DNA from: Bacteroidales bacterium
GTDB taxonomy: Bacteria > Bacteroidota > Bacteroidia > Bacteroidales > WCHB1-69
Reading direction: 5' to 3'
DNA length: 64,000 nucleotides
Assembly (NCBI GenBank): GCA_024400635.1
Contig: JAKSMI010000004.1
Coordinates: forward strand, 22,340-86,339
Part shown: positions 19,042 through 29,596 of the stretch, one piece after another
Layout of the letters: every line of letters starts with the position of its first letter
Numbering within the stretch: the first letter of the stretch is position 1
Translations under genes and position numbers: made by a program
The notes under the pieces: model-generated
What the model saw: only the letters and a program-made list of their open reading frames with translations
Databases searched by the model: none
What the model was told of the DNA's origin: nothing

Positions 19042-21024
19042 TTATGCATCGATGTTGGCATATCTTGCGTTCTGTTCTATGAATTCGCGACGTGGTGGAA
19101 CTTCGTCACCCATCAGCATGGCAAAGACACGGTCCGCATCTGCTGCGTTTTCGATGGTTACTTGTCGCAACGTACGACTATGAGGATCCATGGTTGTAGA
19201 CCACAGTTGCTCATCGTTCATTTCACCCAAACCTTTGTAGCGTTGAACGTGCAAGCCTGCTTCGTTGGCTCCGTTGTTGGTCATTTCGTTCACCAACGCG
19301 ATACGTTCTTCATCCGACCACGCGTATTTTGCGTTGGTGCCTTTTTTGATAAGGTAGAGTGGGGGAGTTGCTATGTAAACGTGACCTTCTTCGATAAGTT
19401 CTTTCATGTGGCGGAAGAAGAAGGTCAAAATCAAAGTCGCGATATGACTGCCATCGACATCAGCATCGGTCATGATGATGACTTTGTGGTAGCGTAACTT
19501 CGACATATTCAATGCTTTGCTGTCTTCTTCTGTCCCGATGGTTACGCCGAGGGCGGTATAGATGTTTTTGATTTCTTCGCTTTCAAGAACACGGTGTTGC
19601 ATGGCTTTTTCCACGTTCAGGATTTTACCACGCAATGGCAGAATCGCCTGGTGCTTGCTGTCGCGGCCTTGTTTTGCCGTACCACCAGCAGAATCACCCT
19701 CGACGAGGAACAATTCGCATTCTTCAGCATTCTTTGAAGAACAATCTGACAATTTGCCAGGAAGACCTCCACCACTGAAAACACTCTTACGCTGTACCAA
19801 CTCGCGAGCCTTGCGTGCCGCGTTGCGTGCGGTTGCTGCCAAAATTACTTTTTCTACAATTTCTTTGGCATCTTTAGGATTCTCTTCAAGATAGTAAGTC
19901 AGCATTTTACCAACAATACGGTCAACAATACCTTTGACTTCGTCGTTGCCGAGCTTGGTCTTGGTTTGTCCTTCGAACTGTGGTTCTGCCACTTTTACCG
20001 AGATGATGGCTGTAAGGCCTTCGCGGAAGTCGTCGCCGGAAATCTCGATTTTCTGCTTGGTCAACTTCTCAAGCATCTTGCTTTCGTCAGCATATTTTTT
20101 CAGAGTTCTGGTAAGGGCTGTGCGAAAACCAGAAAGGTGTGTTCCACCTTCTATGGTGTTGATGTTGTTGACGTATGAATGGATGTTTTCGGTGAACGAA
20201 GTATTGTATTGCATGACGATTTCCACTGGAACGCCTGTTTCGGCGCCGTCGTCTTCCATGTACATGGGGTGTTCCATGATTTTTTCGCGCCCACCATCTA
20301 AATATTGGATGAAATCCTTAAGTCCATCTTTGGAATAGAAGGTCTCGCTCATCGGATTGCCATTGTCGTCTTTAACTCGCATGTCGGTAATGCTCAGTGT
20401 GATGCCTTTGTTAAGGAAAGCGAGTTCCTTCATGCGGGTTGCCAATGTCTGATAGCAGTATTCGTTTACGATGAAGATGGTATCGTCAGGCTTAAACCAG
20501 ATGAGCGTGCCGCGCTTGTCGGTTTTCCCTATTTCCTTGACGGGATATTTGGGATGGCCATATTCGTATTCCTGCATATAGTGAACGCCTTCGCGGAAGA
20601 CTTCTGCGCGCAGACTCTTTGATAAGGCGTTGACACAAGATACACCAACGCCGTGCAAACCGCCGGAAACCTTGTAGGAATCTTTGTTGAATTTGCCACC
20701 GGCATGAAGTACCGTAAGAACGACTTCCAATGCTGATTTCTTTTCCTTTTCGTGCCATCCTGTGGGAATGCCACGCCCATTGTCCAGAACGGAAATTGAA
20801 TTGTCTTCGTAGATGGTGACTTCTATTCGGTTGCAGTGGCCGGCGAGAGCTTCGTCAATGGAATTGTCAACCACTTCATATACCAAATGGTGCAGGCCTC
20901 GGACGCCGACATCGCCAATATACATGGCTGGACGTTTTCTTACCGCTTCCAAACCCTCCAACACCTGGATGTTTTCGGCTGTGTATTCTTGCTCTTGTGT
21001 TTTGTCTTTTTCTAATTCACTCAT
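19042..21024 (-). CDS. gyrB: DNA gyrase subunit B
   Basis: YTAENIQVLEGLEAVRKRPAMYIG, the LVEGDSAGG Toprim region and the C-terminal NARYANIDA tail. Confidence 0.95.
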   Translation of the reverse strand: MSELEKDKTQEQEYTAENIQVLEGLEAVRKRPAMYIGDVGVRGLHHLVYEVVDNSIDEALAGHCNRIEVTIYEDNSISVLDNGRGIPTGWHEKEKKSALEVVLTVLHAGGKFNKDSYKVSGGLHGVGVSCVNALSKSLRAEVFREGVHYMQEYEYGHPKYPVKEIGKTDKRGTLIWFKPDDTIFIVNEYCYQTLATRMKELAFLNKGITLSITDMRVKDDNGNPMSETFYSKDGLKDFIQYLDGGREKIMEHPMYMEDDGAETGVPVEIVMQYNTSFTENIHSYVNNINTIEGGTHLSGFRTALTRTLKKYADESKMLEKLTKQKIEISGDDFREGLTAIISVKVAEPQFEGQTKTKLGNDEVKGIVDRIVGKMLTYYLEENPKDAKEIVEKVILAATARNAARKARELVQRKSVFSGGGLPGKLSDCSSKNAEECELFLVEGDSAGGTAKQGRDSKHQAILPLRGKILNVEKAMQHRVLESEEIKNIYTALGVTIGTEEDSKALNMSKLRYHKVIIMTDADVDGSHIATLILTFFFRHMKELIEEGHVYIATPPLYLIKKGTNAKYAWSDEERIALVNEMTNNGANEAGLHVQRYKGLGEMNDEQLWSTTMDPHSRTLRQVTIENAADADRVFAMLMGDEVPPRREFIEQNARYANIDA

Positions 21025-21056
21025 AATCAGTATCTTCCTTTAATTTCTATAAAAAG

Positions 21057-21064
21057 CAAATATA
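21057..21064 (-). promoter_or_regulatory. Bacteroidota-type -7 promoter box (TATATTTG on minus strand)
   Basis: Lies 33 nt upstream of the gyrB ATG. Confidence 0.4.
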
Positions 21065-21162
21065 CGATTTTTTTTTGAAATATAGAACTTTTTTTTATAA
21101 AAAAAGTAGAGATTTTTGCTTCAAGCAAGCCGTAAGTCACCACAAAGGAATGAGCAAAATTC

Positions 21163-22062
21163 TCATCGCTCAACACATCTGTTTTTCCAAATGAAATAAA
21201 TGCCTATTACCGTTAAAATCAAAGAAACGGCTAAGATGTACTTGTAATAATGGATGTCGGATAACTGCAACAATTCGGTGTCATAACCGCGCCGCAACAT
21301 GACGAATTCGGTAATCAAACTCATGCTGTTGTGCATGAAGTGAGCCAGAATAGGCAGCCATATAGAGCCGCTCCAGTAAACCAAATATCCCAAATAGGCT
21401 CCTAACAACATTCTGGAAATGAACCCGCTGATTTGAAAATGTATGGCGCTGAAAATGAATGCCGTAATCCAGATGGCGACGTGAGGATTCCTTATCCATT
21501 GATGTAGAAATGGTTGGAGAGTGCCGCGGAATAGCAACTCTTCGCCCAAGGCGGGAATAATGGCCATCAATACAATGTTGAGGAGGAAAATGCTGATACG
21601 AGTGTCTTTGCACATCAGCATGATGATTTCCTGATTCTGTTCTTCCATCGTTCGCATCCATTTTTCAATGCGATACATGGAGTCGGGGAGATGTAGCCCG
21701 TCAAACCATTCGGCAAGACCTAAAACCAAAGGCAATATTGCCAACGACATCACGATGACAATGTCCATCATCCGGTAATTGGGCTTCTTGTTTAATTTGT
21801 TGTATGAAAAGAAATTGCCGTTTGAACAGTACGCAAACAATAGGGCTGGCCCCATGAAAGTACCTACAGAACCGAAAAACTGGCTGATGCGCATGAAGCC
21901 GGCCTGCTGTGCTTCCGGTAATTGAAAGTAGATGAAAGTTCCATAAACCAAACTGGCTATCAGGGTTCCCAATGCTGAAAAAATCAACATTCCTGCAAAT
22001 ACAAATAGCAGAAAATAACAAATCTGTACGAAACGGTTTTTGCCTTCAAAAAATGATGCCAT
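21163..22062 (-). CDS. CPBP-family intramembrane metalloprotease (CAAX protease-like)
   Basis: Polytopic protein with EELLFRG and FSAIHF/H-containing helices. Confidence 0.7.
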   Translation of the reverse strand: MASFFEGKNRFVQICYFLLFVFAGMLIFSALGTLIASLVYGTFIYFQLPEAQQAGFMRISQFFGSVGTFMGPALLFAYCSNGNFFSYNKLNKKPNYRMMDIVIVMSLAILPLVLGLAEWFDGLHLPDSMYRIEKWMRTMEEQNQEIIMLMCKDTRISIFLLNIVLMAIIPALGEELLFRGTLQPFLHQWIRNPHVAIWITAFIFSAIHFQISGFISRMLLGAYLGYLVYWSGSIWLPILAHFMHNSMSLITEFVMLRRGYDTELLQLSDIHYYKYILAVSLILTVIGIYFIWKNRCVER

Positions 22063-22131
22063 GATAAATTGTTATAAGAGAACTGATGTTTGAAAAATCA
22101 AGAGGTTAAGGGACTGATTTGTTGAAAATCC

Positions 22132-23922
22132 CTATTCGACAAACGCAATTATTTCCCCTTTTGTTACCTTCTGTCCCTGGTCTACAACCACCTCTACGAG
22201 TTTTCCGCTGTAAAGGGTATGGACTTCTTCGAGACCGTAGAACGCATTGACCCAACAAACGATATCGCCTTCTTTGAGATTGCTGCCCAATGGTTTACTC
22301 ATAGATGGCTCGTTGACAGACAATTCCCAGAGAATCTGTCCAGAGACGGGGGCGACAACAGCCTTGGCATTGGGATGTTTCTCTTCCACTCTGGCAATGA
22401 GTTCTTGTCTTGTAACCTCTGGGGCTTTGATTTCCTTAATGACAACTTGTATGTTGGATTTTTTCTTGGCTTCTTCCAGTTCGGCCTCGAATTTCTTCTT
22501 GGCAATGCCTGATCGATAATCAAGGTATTGGCGCTCATGCATGGCATATTCAAACAACTCTTCGTCATCCTGGCCGCGATCCCAACCTTGTTCTTCCATC
22601 AGTTTGATGTATTTGGGAAGTTCATCGGGATAGTTGTCTTGAGGAACGCCGGTGAAAAATTCATAGCCGTTTTCCTTGGCGAGTTCGATAATTTCTGGAG
22701 CGAGTGTGCCGGGAAGCTTTCCGGTTTTGCCCAAAATCATATCCCATGTGTTCTTGTCCATTTGCGAGAAACGGGGCTTGCCTTGCGCCATCTGCATGAT
22801 ATTCATCAAAGCGATATTCTTAACGTATTGGCTGAAAGGCGTTACCAATGGGGGATTGCCTACTTTGGGCCATACATACTGTACTTCCTGGAACATGGCA
22901 ACGAGCAGTTCGTCTTCGCTCAATTCTTTTTTGCCGGCGTTGCGGAGAAACATGTTGATTCCGTTTTGCGCACCGCGAAGGTCGGCCATTAACGAGCCCA
23001 TCATGCCGCCGGGAAGACCGCAACCCACAAGAAGTGAGGTGCAGATTTTGTTCTTCGGGTTGATGAAGTAACCAAGAAAATCGTCCATGAACTTCTGGGT
23101 GAGGGCACGGGCCTGCATGTAGGCATTCATGTTGATTTCGGGAACGTCAAAGCCAGCGTCTTTCAACATGGCTTGTACCGTGATTACGTCAGGATGAACC
23201 ATCCCCCAAGAAAGGGGCTCCATCGCAACGTCGATAATGTCGCCACCGTTTTTGCATACTTCCAAAACGGAAGCCATAGAGAACCCCGGACCTGTGTGCC
23301 CGTGGTATTGTACGCGGATGTGCGGGTATTTTTCCTTGATGGATTTTACCAAGCGTCCCAACATGACGGGACGACCAACACCAGCCATATCCTTCAAGCC
23401 GATTTCATCGCAGCCGTATTCCACACACTTGTCGACAACGCCCATATAATATTCTACGGTATGTATTTCAGAATAGGTGATGCTAAGTGCGGCTTGAGAA
23501 ATCATTCCGGCTTCTTTGGCATATTTGATGGACCATTCGAGGTTGCGGTGGTCGTTGAGTCCACAAAATGAACGGGCAATGTCAACTCCTTGTGCTTTCT
23601 TGACTTTGAACATCAGACGGCGGACATCCTTAGGCACTGGATTCATTCGCAGTCCGTTGAGCGCGCGTTCGAGCATCTGTGTCTTGATGCCTGCTTCGTT
23701 GAAATGTCTGCACCAACGACGTACTGAGGTGTTGGGGTTTTCACCATAAAGCAGATTGACTTGCTCGGCAGCACCGCCATTGGTCTCAACACGGCTGAAA
23801 CACCCCATCTCGATGATGACAGGCGCAATTTCCTCTAACTGATCCACGCGGGGGACGTATTTCCCTGATGACTGCCACATGTCCCGGTATACCAAACAAA
23901 ATTCAATTTTCTTTTTCTCCAT
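22132..23922 (-). CDS. Carboxyltransferase (oxaloacetate decarboxylase alpha / transcarboxylase 5S-like) with a degenerate biotinyl-like C-terminal domain
   Basis: An HMGL-like TIM barrel with LKDMAG and HGHTGPG motifs. The usual RDAHQS motif reads RDMWQS. In the C-terminal barrel-sandwich domain, NAFYG replaces EAMKM, so there is no biotinyl-lysine. Confidence 0.65.
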   Translation of the reverse strand: MEKKKIEFCLVYRDMWQSSGKYVPRVDQLEEIAPVIIEMGCFSRVETNGGAAEQVNLLYGENPNTSVRRWCRHFNEAGIKTQMLERALNGLRMNPVPKDVRRLMFKVKKAQGVDIARSFCGLNDHRNLEWSIKYAKEAGMISQAALSITYSEIHTVEYYMGVVDKCVEYGCDEIGLKDMAGVGRPVMLGRLVKSIKEKYPHIRVQYHGHTGPGFSMASVLEVCKNGGDIIDVAMEPLSWGMVHPDVITVQAMLKDAGFDVPEINMNAYMQARALTQKFMDDFLGYFINPKNKICTSLLVGCGLPGGMMGSLMADLRGAQNGINMFLRNAGKKELSEDELLVAMFQEVQYVWPKVGNPPLVTPFSQYVKNIALMNIMQMAQGKPRFSQMDKNTWDMILGKTGKLPGTLAPEIIELAKENGYEFFTGVPQDNYPDELPKYIKLMEEQGWDRGQDDEELFEYAMHERQYLDYRSGIAKKKFEAELEEAKKKSNIQVVIKEIKAPEVTRQELIARVEEKHPNAKAVVAPVSGQILWELSVNEPSMSKPLGSNLKEGDIVCWVNAFYGLEEVHTLYSGKLVEVVVDQGQKVTKGEIIAFVE

Positions 23923-24099
23923 GATAAAATCCTTATTGTTATTTTATTTATAGTGTTGATAATGAGTATTCTATGTTAAGAATAATCGCTTTTCGATAAC
24001 GAATGCAAATATAATCAAAATTTTGAAGATTTCGCTTTCAAAATTTGATAAAAATCAATATAAAAAATGTTATTTTTGTTGCTCTATGACATTTTTTTC

Positions 24100-24107
24100 T
24101 ATTTTTG
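24100..24107 (+). promoter_or_regulatory. Bacteroidota-type -7 promoter box (TATTTTTG)
   Basis: Lies 44 nt upstream of the pdxJ ATG. Confidence 0.4.
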
Positions 24108-24150
24108 CAAAAATGTTGTTTTTTTATTCATTTAAGAACCAATTTTTAAT

Positions 24151-24873
24151 ATGAAAAATAATACAAGGCTTAGTGTCAACATCAACAAAGTGGCTACGCT
24201 GAGAAATGCTCGCGGTGGTAATATGCCCGATGTGCTAAAAGTGGCAATGGATTGTGAACGTTTTGGAGCTCAGGGGATTACGGTTCACCCTCGTCCGGAT
24301 GAACGTCATATTCGTTATCAGGATGTCTACGATCTGAAGAAAATTGTCACTACGGAATTCAATATAGAAGGTTATCCGTGTGAGAAATTCATCAACTTGG
24401 TGATGGATGTGAAACCGACCCAGGTGACTTTGGTGCCCGATCCACCAGAAGCCCTGACTTCCAATGCCGGTTGGGACACAATTAAAAATGCTCATTTTTT
24501 GACTAAGGTCATCGAGGGGTTTCATCGAGAAGGTATTCGTACCAGCATTTTCGTTGATGCCAATCCGGAAATGATTGTTGCGGCAAAGGCAACGGGTACG
24601 GATCGTGTGGAATTATATACCGAAAGTTATGCCCGCAATTATCCCGCGGATCCAGAGGGTGCCATTCGCGATTTCGTGACAGCGGCAAAGGAGGCGCAAA
24701 AACAGGGAATTGGACTGAATGCCGGCCACGACTTGTCGTTGGTGAATTTGAAGTATTTCAATCAGAATATTCCAGGATTGCTTGAGGTTTCCATAGGTCA
24801 TGCCTTGATTTGCGATGCTCTTTATTTAGGTCTTGAAAAAACCGTTAAGGATTATCTCCGTCAGTTGCGTTAA
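24151..24873 (+). CDS. pdxJ: Pyridoxine 5'-phosphate synthase
   Basis: [29 protein letters not shown] and NAGHDL motifs. Confidence 0.9.
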   Translation: MKNNTRLSVNINKVATLRNARGGNMPDVLKVAMDCERFGAQGITVHPRPDERHIRYQDVYDLKKIVTTEFNIEGYPCEKFINLVMDVKPTQVTLVPDPPEALTSNAGWDTIKNAHFLTKVIEGFHREGIRTSIFVDANPEMIVAAKATGTDRVELYTESYARNYPADPEGAIRDFVTAAKEAQKQGIGLNAGHDLSLVNLKYFNQNIPGLLEVSIGHALICDALYLGLEKTVKDYLRQLR

Positions 24874-24874
24874 G

Positions 24875-25735
24875 ATGAGTAGAGCGTATGTTTTTCCCGG
24901 TCAAGGCGCTCAATTTGTCGGAATGGGGCAGGACTTGTACGATTCTTCAGACAAGGCACGACAATTGTTTGAGGAAGCTAATGAAGTTTTGGGTTTTGAC
25001 ATTACATCGATGATGTTTTCCGGTACCGATGATGATTTGAAGCAGACTAAGGTGACGCAGCCAGCGGTTTTCATTCATTCGGTTATTGCCGCTATGGCGC
25101 TGGAAGATTTTTGTCCGGCAGCCGTGGCCGGTCATTCCTTGGGCGAATTTTCCGCATTGGCGGCCATCGGCTGCCTCTCTTTTGCCGACGGACTTCGCCT
25201 GGTGGCAAAGCGTGCCGCCGCCATGCAAAAGGCTTGCGAATCCCAGAAGTCGACAATGGCGGCCGTAGTCGGAGGCACAGATGAAGATGTTATTGCTGCT
25301 TGCAACGCCGTTGATGAAATTGTCGTCGCCGCCAATTTCAACTGCCCGGGGCAAATCGCTATTTCTGGCACCTTGTCAGGTATAGAAAAAGTGTCCCAAT
25401 CACTGAAGGGAAAAGTGAAAAGAATCTTGCCGTTGAAGGTCGGCGGCGCCTTCCATTCTCCGTTGATGGAACCTGCCCGTCTGGAATTGGCTCAAGCCAT
25501 CGCTGCTACAACTTTTTCAAAACCCCGCTGCCCAATTTATCAAAATGTCGATGCCCATGCCCATACTGATGTCGATGACATTAAACAAAATTTGATGTCT
25601 CAGTTGACATCGCCTGTCCTATGGACACAAACCATTCTGCAAATGCACCATGACGGTTTTGACGATTTTATTGAACTTGGCCCTGGAACAGTACTCTCCG
25701 GACTGATCAAGAGAATAATAGTGCGGCCGAATTGA
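24875..25735 (+). CDS. fabD: Malonyl CoA-ACP transacylase
   Basis: Starts at ATG 24875 (MSRAYVFPGQGAQ), 1 nt after the pdxJ stop. Carries the GHSLGEFSA active-site motif. Confidence 0.9.
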   Translation: MSRAYVFPGQGAQFVGMGQDLYDSSDKARQLFEEANEVLGFDITSMMFSGTDDDLKQTKVTQPAVFIHSVIAAMALEDFCPAAVAGHSLGEFSALAAIGCLSFADGLRLVAKRAAAMQKACESQKSTMAAVVGGTDEDVIAACNAVDEIVVAANFNCPGQIAISGTLSGIEKVSQSLKGKVKRILPLKVGGAFHSPLMEPARLELAQAIAATTFSKPRCPIYQNVDAHAHTDVDDIKQNLMSQLTSPVLWTQTILQMHHDGFDDFIELGPGTVLSGLIKRIIVRPN

Positions 25736-25815
25736 AACAAACGAACGAAGCAACGTGATCTATATCTTTCTCAATTTATCATTTTGCTTTCTTGATTTCG
25801 TAATTTAAAAATTTG

Positions 25816-25823
25816 TATCTTTG
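25816..25823 (+). promoter_or_regulatory. Bacteroidota-type -7 promoter box (TATCTTTG)
   Basis: Lies 24 nt upstream of the ATG at 25847. Confidence 0.45.
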
Positions 25824-25846
25824 CAATCTGTTTAAAAGAATGTATT

Positions 25847-27001
25847 ATGATTTACTTAGACAATTCCGCAACCACGTATCCGAAACCTGCTGAGGTTTAC
25901 GATTTTATGAATAATTATTACCGTACTCACGGTGTTAGTCCTGGCCGTTCCGGCTTTGATGCCGCTATAGAAACTGGCGAGTTGGTCGAAAATACTCGCA
26001 AAATGCTGACCAAACTCTTCAATGGTGGTGATGATGCTAATCGCTTGACTTTCAGCTATAACGCGACAGATTCATTGAATATCCTGATTCAAGGTCTTGT
26101 GGAAAAAGGTGCACACGTTATCACTACGATGTTGGAACACAATTCTGTTCTTCGTCCTTTGTATGTGATGGAACAGCGTGGCTTGATTGAGGTTACCTAT
26201 CTCCCTTTCGATAAGCACGGCTATGTTGATCCTGATGACGTGAAGAAAGCTATTAAGCCCAATACGAAATTTGTGGTTTGTACGCAGTGCTCTAACGTCA
26301 TCGGTACTGTTCAACCCATTGCCGCCATCGGTAAAATCTGTAAGGAAAATGGTCTGATTTTCGTTGTTGACGGTAGTCAGGGCGCGGGTGCCAATACAAT
26401 GGATATGATTAACTATGGTGTTGATTGCTATGCTTTTACGGGTCATAAATGTTTGATGGGACCTACCGGAATTGGAGGCTCTTATGTTCGCGAAGGTGTA
26501 ACCATTAATCATACCCGCTTTGGCGGTACGGGCGTTCGTTCGGCATATCCAGCTCATCTTGAGGAATATCCTTATCGTCTCGAAGCTGGAACCATGAATC
26601 TTCTTGGCGTTGCCGGTTTGCATGCAGGTGTAAAATGGGTGATGGAACATGGTGTGGAAAATCTCCATAACCAGGAAATGAAACTTTGGGAAAAACTTCG
26701 TCTCGGTATCAAGGACGTTCCTGGTGTTACGTTGTATTGTGCAGAATCCGTGGAGAATCATAATCCTGTGATGTCTCTCAATATCAATGGTTTCGAGGCT
26801 GGTGATGTGGGAACGATGCTGGATGTTGACTACGATATCGCTTGCCGTACGGGTTTGCAATGTGCTCCAAAGGTTCATCAGGGTATTGGCACAATCGATA
26901 TACATGGTACGGTGCGTCTCAGTATAGGTGCCTTCAACACCGAGGCCGATATCGATACCGCCATCAAGGCTATCAAAGAAATTGCTGCTATTAAGAATTA
27001 A
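25847..27001 (+). CDS. Class V aminotransferase-fold PLP enzyme (cysteine desulfurase family)
   Basis: IYLDNSATTYPKP start and FTGHKCLMGPTGIGG PLP-lysine motif. Confidence 0.75.
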   Translation: MIYLDNSATTYPKPAEVYDFMNNYYRTHGVSPGRSGFDAAIETGELVENTRKMLTKLFNGGDDANRLTFSYNATDSLNILIQGLVEKGAHVITTMLEHNSVLRPLYVMEQRGLIEVTYLPFDKHGYVDPDDVKKAIKPNTKFVVCTQCSNVIGTVQPIAAIGKICKENGLIFVVDGSQGAGANTMDMINYGVDCYAFTGHKCLMGPTGIGGSYVREGVTINHTRFGGTGVRSAYPAHLEEYPYRLEAGTMNLLGVAGLHAGVKWVMEHGVENLHNQEMKLWEKLRLGIKDVPGVTLYCAESVENHNPVMSLNINGFEAGDVGTMLDVDYDIACRTGLQCAPKVHQGIGTIDIHGTVRLSIGAFNTEADIDTAIKAIKEIAAIKN

Positions 27002-27636
27002 GACAGTCTCAACATGATTTGAATCTGATAATATTCATTCTTTTCGATGATGTTTAATCGATGTTTGTGCCGATAATGAAGTTGAAGCATTTTTTGTAAT
27101 GACTTCAAACCAGATTGCAGAGAATGATTTTTGTAGATGTCAAAATTGTTTTCACAGACGAATAATAATTTCTGATCCTCAACGGTTATGTTCAAGTGAA
27201 TGTAGCCGTTGTGTTTTTTTACTCTTTTGAAACAATTATTGATGATGTCATCTAAAAGAGCTGGAACAATCATTAATTCAGGATTGAAATCATTTGGAAA
27301 TGTATATTTAAATTCAACGTTTTTTGCTAATTGTTTGGTATATAAGTGAATGGATTCTTCCCAATGAGCTAATTCCTGAGATAGCGGTACCAACAATTTG
27401 TCAATATGTTCAACATAGTACCGGATGTAATTGGCCGTATCGATAATGATGGTGGATAATTCCTTATTGATATTATATAGGTTGACGTGGATGTTGGTGA
27501 GACGATTGAATAGAAAATGTGGAGTCATTCTCATGCGTAATAACATGCTTTCCAATTGCTTGCATTTGATGCTTTTATAATGGAAAAGTATTAATGTCGC
27601 CACATTTGTGACAATTAAAAACAAGATAATCAGCAT
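26998..27636 (-). CDS. LytS/YehU-type sensor histidine kinase, short form
   Basis: One N-terminal TM helix, then MTPHFLFNRLTN (His_kinase family motif) and an ATPase-like C-terminus. No LytTR partner is adjacent. Confidence 0.6.
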   Translation of the reverse strand: MLIILFLIVTNVATLILFHYKSIKCKQLESMLLRMRMTPHFLFNRLTNIHVNLYNINKELSTIIIDTANYIRYYVEHIDKLLVPLSQELAHWEESIHLYTKQLAKNVEFKYTFPNDFNPELMIVPALLDDIINNCFKRVKKHNGYIHLNITVEDQKLLFVCENNFDIYKNHSLQSGLKSLQKMLQLHYRHKHRLNIIEKNEYYQIQIMLRLS

Positions 27637-28544
27637 AAATTGTTGTTTGGAACTTTCTTTTTCTGGACAAGAAAAATTCCAACAATAACGATGATTATGC
27701 CGAGAATTTTGTAAAGCGGAAAATCTTCCTGCAATATAAAAAATGATAAAATGGCTGTGACAATGGGAATTAGGTTGGTGAAAATACAGGCTTTGCCAAT
27801 GCCGAAACGTCGCATTCCTTGCAAATAAAACATGAAAGCCATTGCTGAACAGAAAATGGCAAGGGGAATGATGCAGTAGATATTGGGAGCTGAAAATAGT
27901 GAAATTAGTTGATTGTCAAGGCTTTGTGAATCGTTTAAAATGAATATGAGAGGCGTGAACAATGCCAATCCAATCATGTTCTGGTAGGTGACGGTCACAA
28001 TGGGGTTGTAGTGTTCTGGAAATTTACGCAGGTGAAAAGTATAACCAACCGATGCCAAAACAGCACCAAAAGCCAATAAAACACCTAATGTGCTTGCTGA
28101 TGCATCCTTGAAAGATGGGAAAAGTAGCACAAATATACCTATGAATGTGCAGAATACCCCCAAAAGATTTAGTTTGCTAAAGTTTTCTTTAAAATAAAAT
28201 AGTGATAAAAATGCCGTTGCAATGGGAATGGTGGCCACAATGATTGAAACCACGGACGCATCGCAATGCAGTAGGCTGTAAGTTTCAAATATGAAGTATA
28301 AAAATGGTTCGAAAAAACTGAAACATACCAATGTCCACAGGTCTTTCCTTTTGATTTTCATTTCTTTTCTGAAGAAAAGCAGACTGATGATTAAGAAAAA
28401 CAGACTGGCTACGACAAGTCTGGCAAAGACAATGCACACTGGTGTGGCACTCAGGAGCAGTCGTTTTGTGAAAATGAAGGAACTGCCCCAAAAGATGGCT
28501 GAGCATACCAGCATTAAATAGAAAATCCAATCCTTGTTTTTCAT
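27630..28544 (-). CDS. DMT-superfamily transporter (EamA)
   Basis: 304 aa with about 10 TM helices arranged as two EamA-like halves. Confidence 0.7.
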   Translation of the reverse strand: MKNKDWIFYLMLVCSAIFWGSSFIFTKRLLLSATPVCIVFARLVVASLFFLIISLLFFRKEMKIKRKDLWTLVCFSFFEPFLYFIFETYSLLHCDASVVSIIVATIPIATAFLSLFYFKENFSKLNLLGVFCTFIGIFVLLFPSFKDASASTLGVLLAFGAVLASVGYTFHLRKFPEHYNPIVTVTYQNMIGLALFTPLIFILNDSQSLDNQLISLFSAPNIYCIIPLAIFCSAMAFMFYLQGMRRFGIGKACIFTNLIPIVTAILSFFILQEDFPLYKILGIIIVIVGIFLVQKKKVPNNNLC

Positions 28545-28552
28545 TTTTTTGA

Positions 28553-28588
28553 CAAAAAAAAAGAGGATTGCAGAAATCCTCTTTTTTA
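28553..28588 (-). terminator. Rho-independent (bidirectional-looking) terminator
   Basis: A 9-bp stem (aagaggatt / aatcctctt, 28561-28583) is flanked by an A-run and a T-run. It lies 17 nt downstream of the secG stop. Confidence 0.7.
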
Positions 28589-28604
28589 TGGATGATAAAT
28601 TTGA

Positions 28605-28898
28605 TTACTCTTCTGCGGTTTCGTCAACCAATTCGGTTTGCTGTTGTGAAGCGTAAGGATCGTTGGCTTTGAATTCATTCTTTACCATGAAAGCGCAAAC
28701 AAAGCACATTACCATAATGAATGCTGCCAGCCCCCATGTGGCTTTTTCAAGAAAGTCGGTAGTTTTTCTAACACCCATAATTTGGTTTGAACCGGCAAAA
28801 TTCGAAGCGAGACCACCACCTTTTGAATTCTGAATCAGAACGATAAAGGCTAAGATGATACATGCTAAAATGATTAATACAACTACAAATGTCAACAT
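28605..28898 (-). CDS. secG: Preprotein translocase subunit SecG
   Basis: 97 aa with two TM helices and the LIQNSKGGGL motif. Confidence 0.8.
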   Translation of the reverse strand: MLTFVVVLIILACIILAFIVLIQNSKGGGLASNFAGSNQIMGVRKTTDFLEKATWGLAAFIMVMCFVCAFMVKNEFKANDPYASQQQTELVDETAEE

Positions 28899-28904
28899 CT
28901 TTTT

Positions 28905-29594
28905 TTAATTTTCTTGATTATTATTTTTTTCGTTTTTTATCCTCTCAATTTGGGCTGCAAAGATACTACTTTTTTCTGGATAAATCAAACTTAATTTTTT
29001 CAACATTTTGATGGCCTTACCAGTGTATCCTTGATCTGCATAAATTATTGCTAATGTTTTACTTACGATTTCTTCATCTTCTATAAGACTTCCTTCGGAA
29101 TAGTTTGCCAGCGGATCGTGGTTTATAGGAGTTTTTTTGATTGTCGGAGGATCATTGCTGAATTTTTCAATCAATGAATCGATGACATGAGTTTGTTCTT
29201 TTGTTTCAGCCGCAGGCTCTTGAACCAGCTGATTCTCAACAGGAAGTATTTCATCAACATTGGATTTCGTTTCTTGTGAAACTGGTCCTGAGTTTTCTTC
29301 TTGTGCATGTTGTGAATCAACATCTGTCGATTTCAATAATTTGTCAATGGCACTTGGCTTTTGTCCGAGTTGAAACTGATGAAACCGATGCTTATTGTAA
29401 ATTCCTAATAGTAATTTTGCTTTGTTTCGGTCGTATTCTTTGGAATTGTTTTGCTGTAGTAATTTGAGATACAGTAGGTTAAGTGTGTTTGCACACGGAT
29501 ATTTGTGATGAAGGTTGATCAGCTTTTGCTCAAGTTCTTTTTGACTGTCTTGCAATGAGTTTGGAAAATAGTCTGAAAGTATGATTTTATCCAT
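28905..29594 (-). CDS. Hypothetical protein with a TPR-like C-terminal segment
   Basis: ATG at 29594 (MDKIILSDY); the track start at 29603 is TTG. The C-terminal AIIYADQGYTGKAIKMLKKLSLIYPEK looks TPR-like. It sits between the LptE-like gene and secG. Confidence 0.5.
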   Translation of the reverse strand: MDKIILSDYFPNSLQDSQKELEQKLINLHHKYPCANTLNLLYLKLLQQNNSKEYDRNKAKLLLGIYNKHRFHQFQLGQKPSAIDKLLKSTDVDSQHAQEENSGPVSQETKSNVDEILPVENQLVQEPAAETKEQTHVIDSLIEKFSNDPPTIKKTPINHDPLANYSEGSLIEDEEIVSKTLAIIYADQGYTGKAIKMLKKLSLIYPEKSSIFAAQIERIKNEKNNNQEN

Positions 29595-29596
29595 AT

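Noticed and set aside
26072-26905. 277-aa ORF antisense to the class V aminotransferase gene
   Set aside because: It lies entirely inside a strongly supported PLP-enzyme gene on the other strand. It has an odd composition (His/Asn/Thr/Ile-rich) and no motif, so it is a typical shadow ORF.
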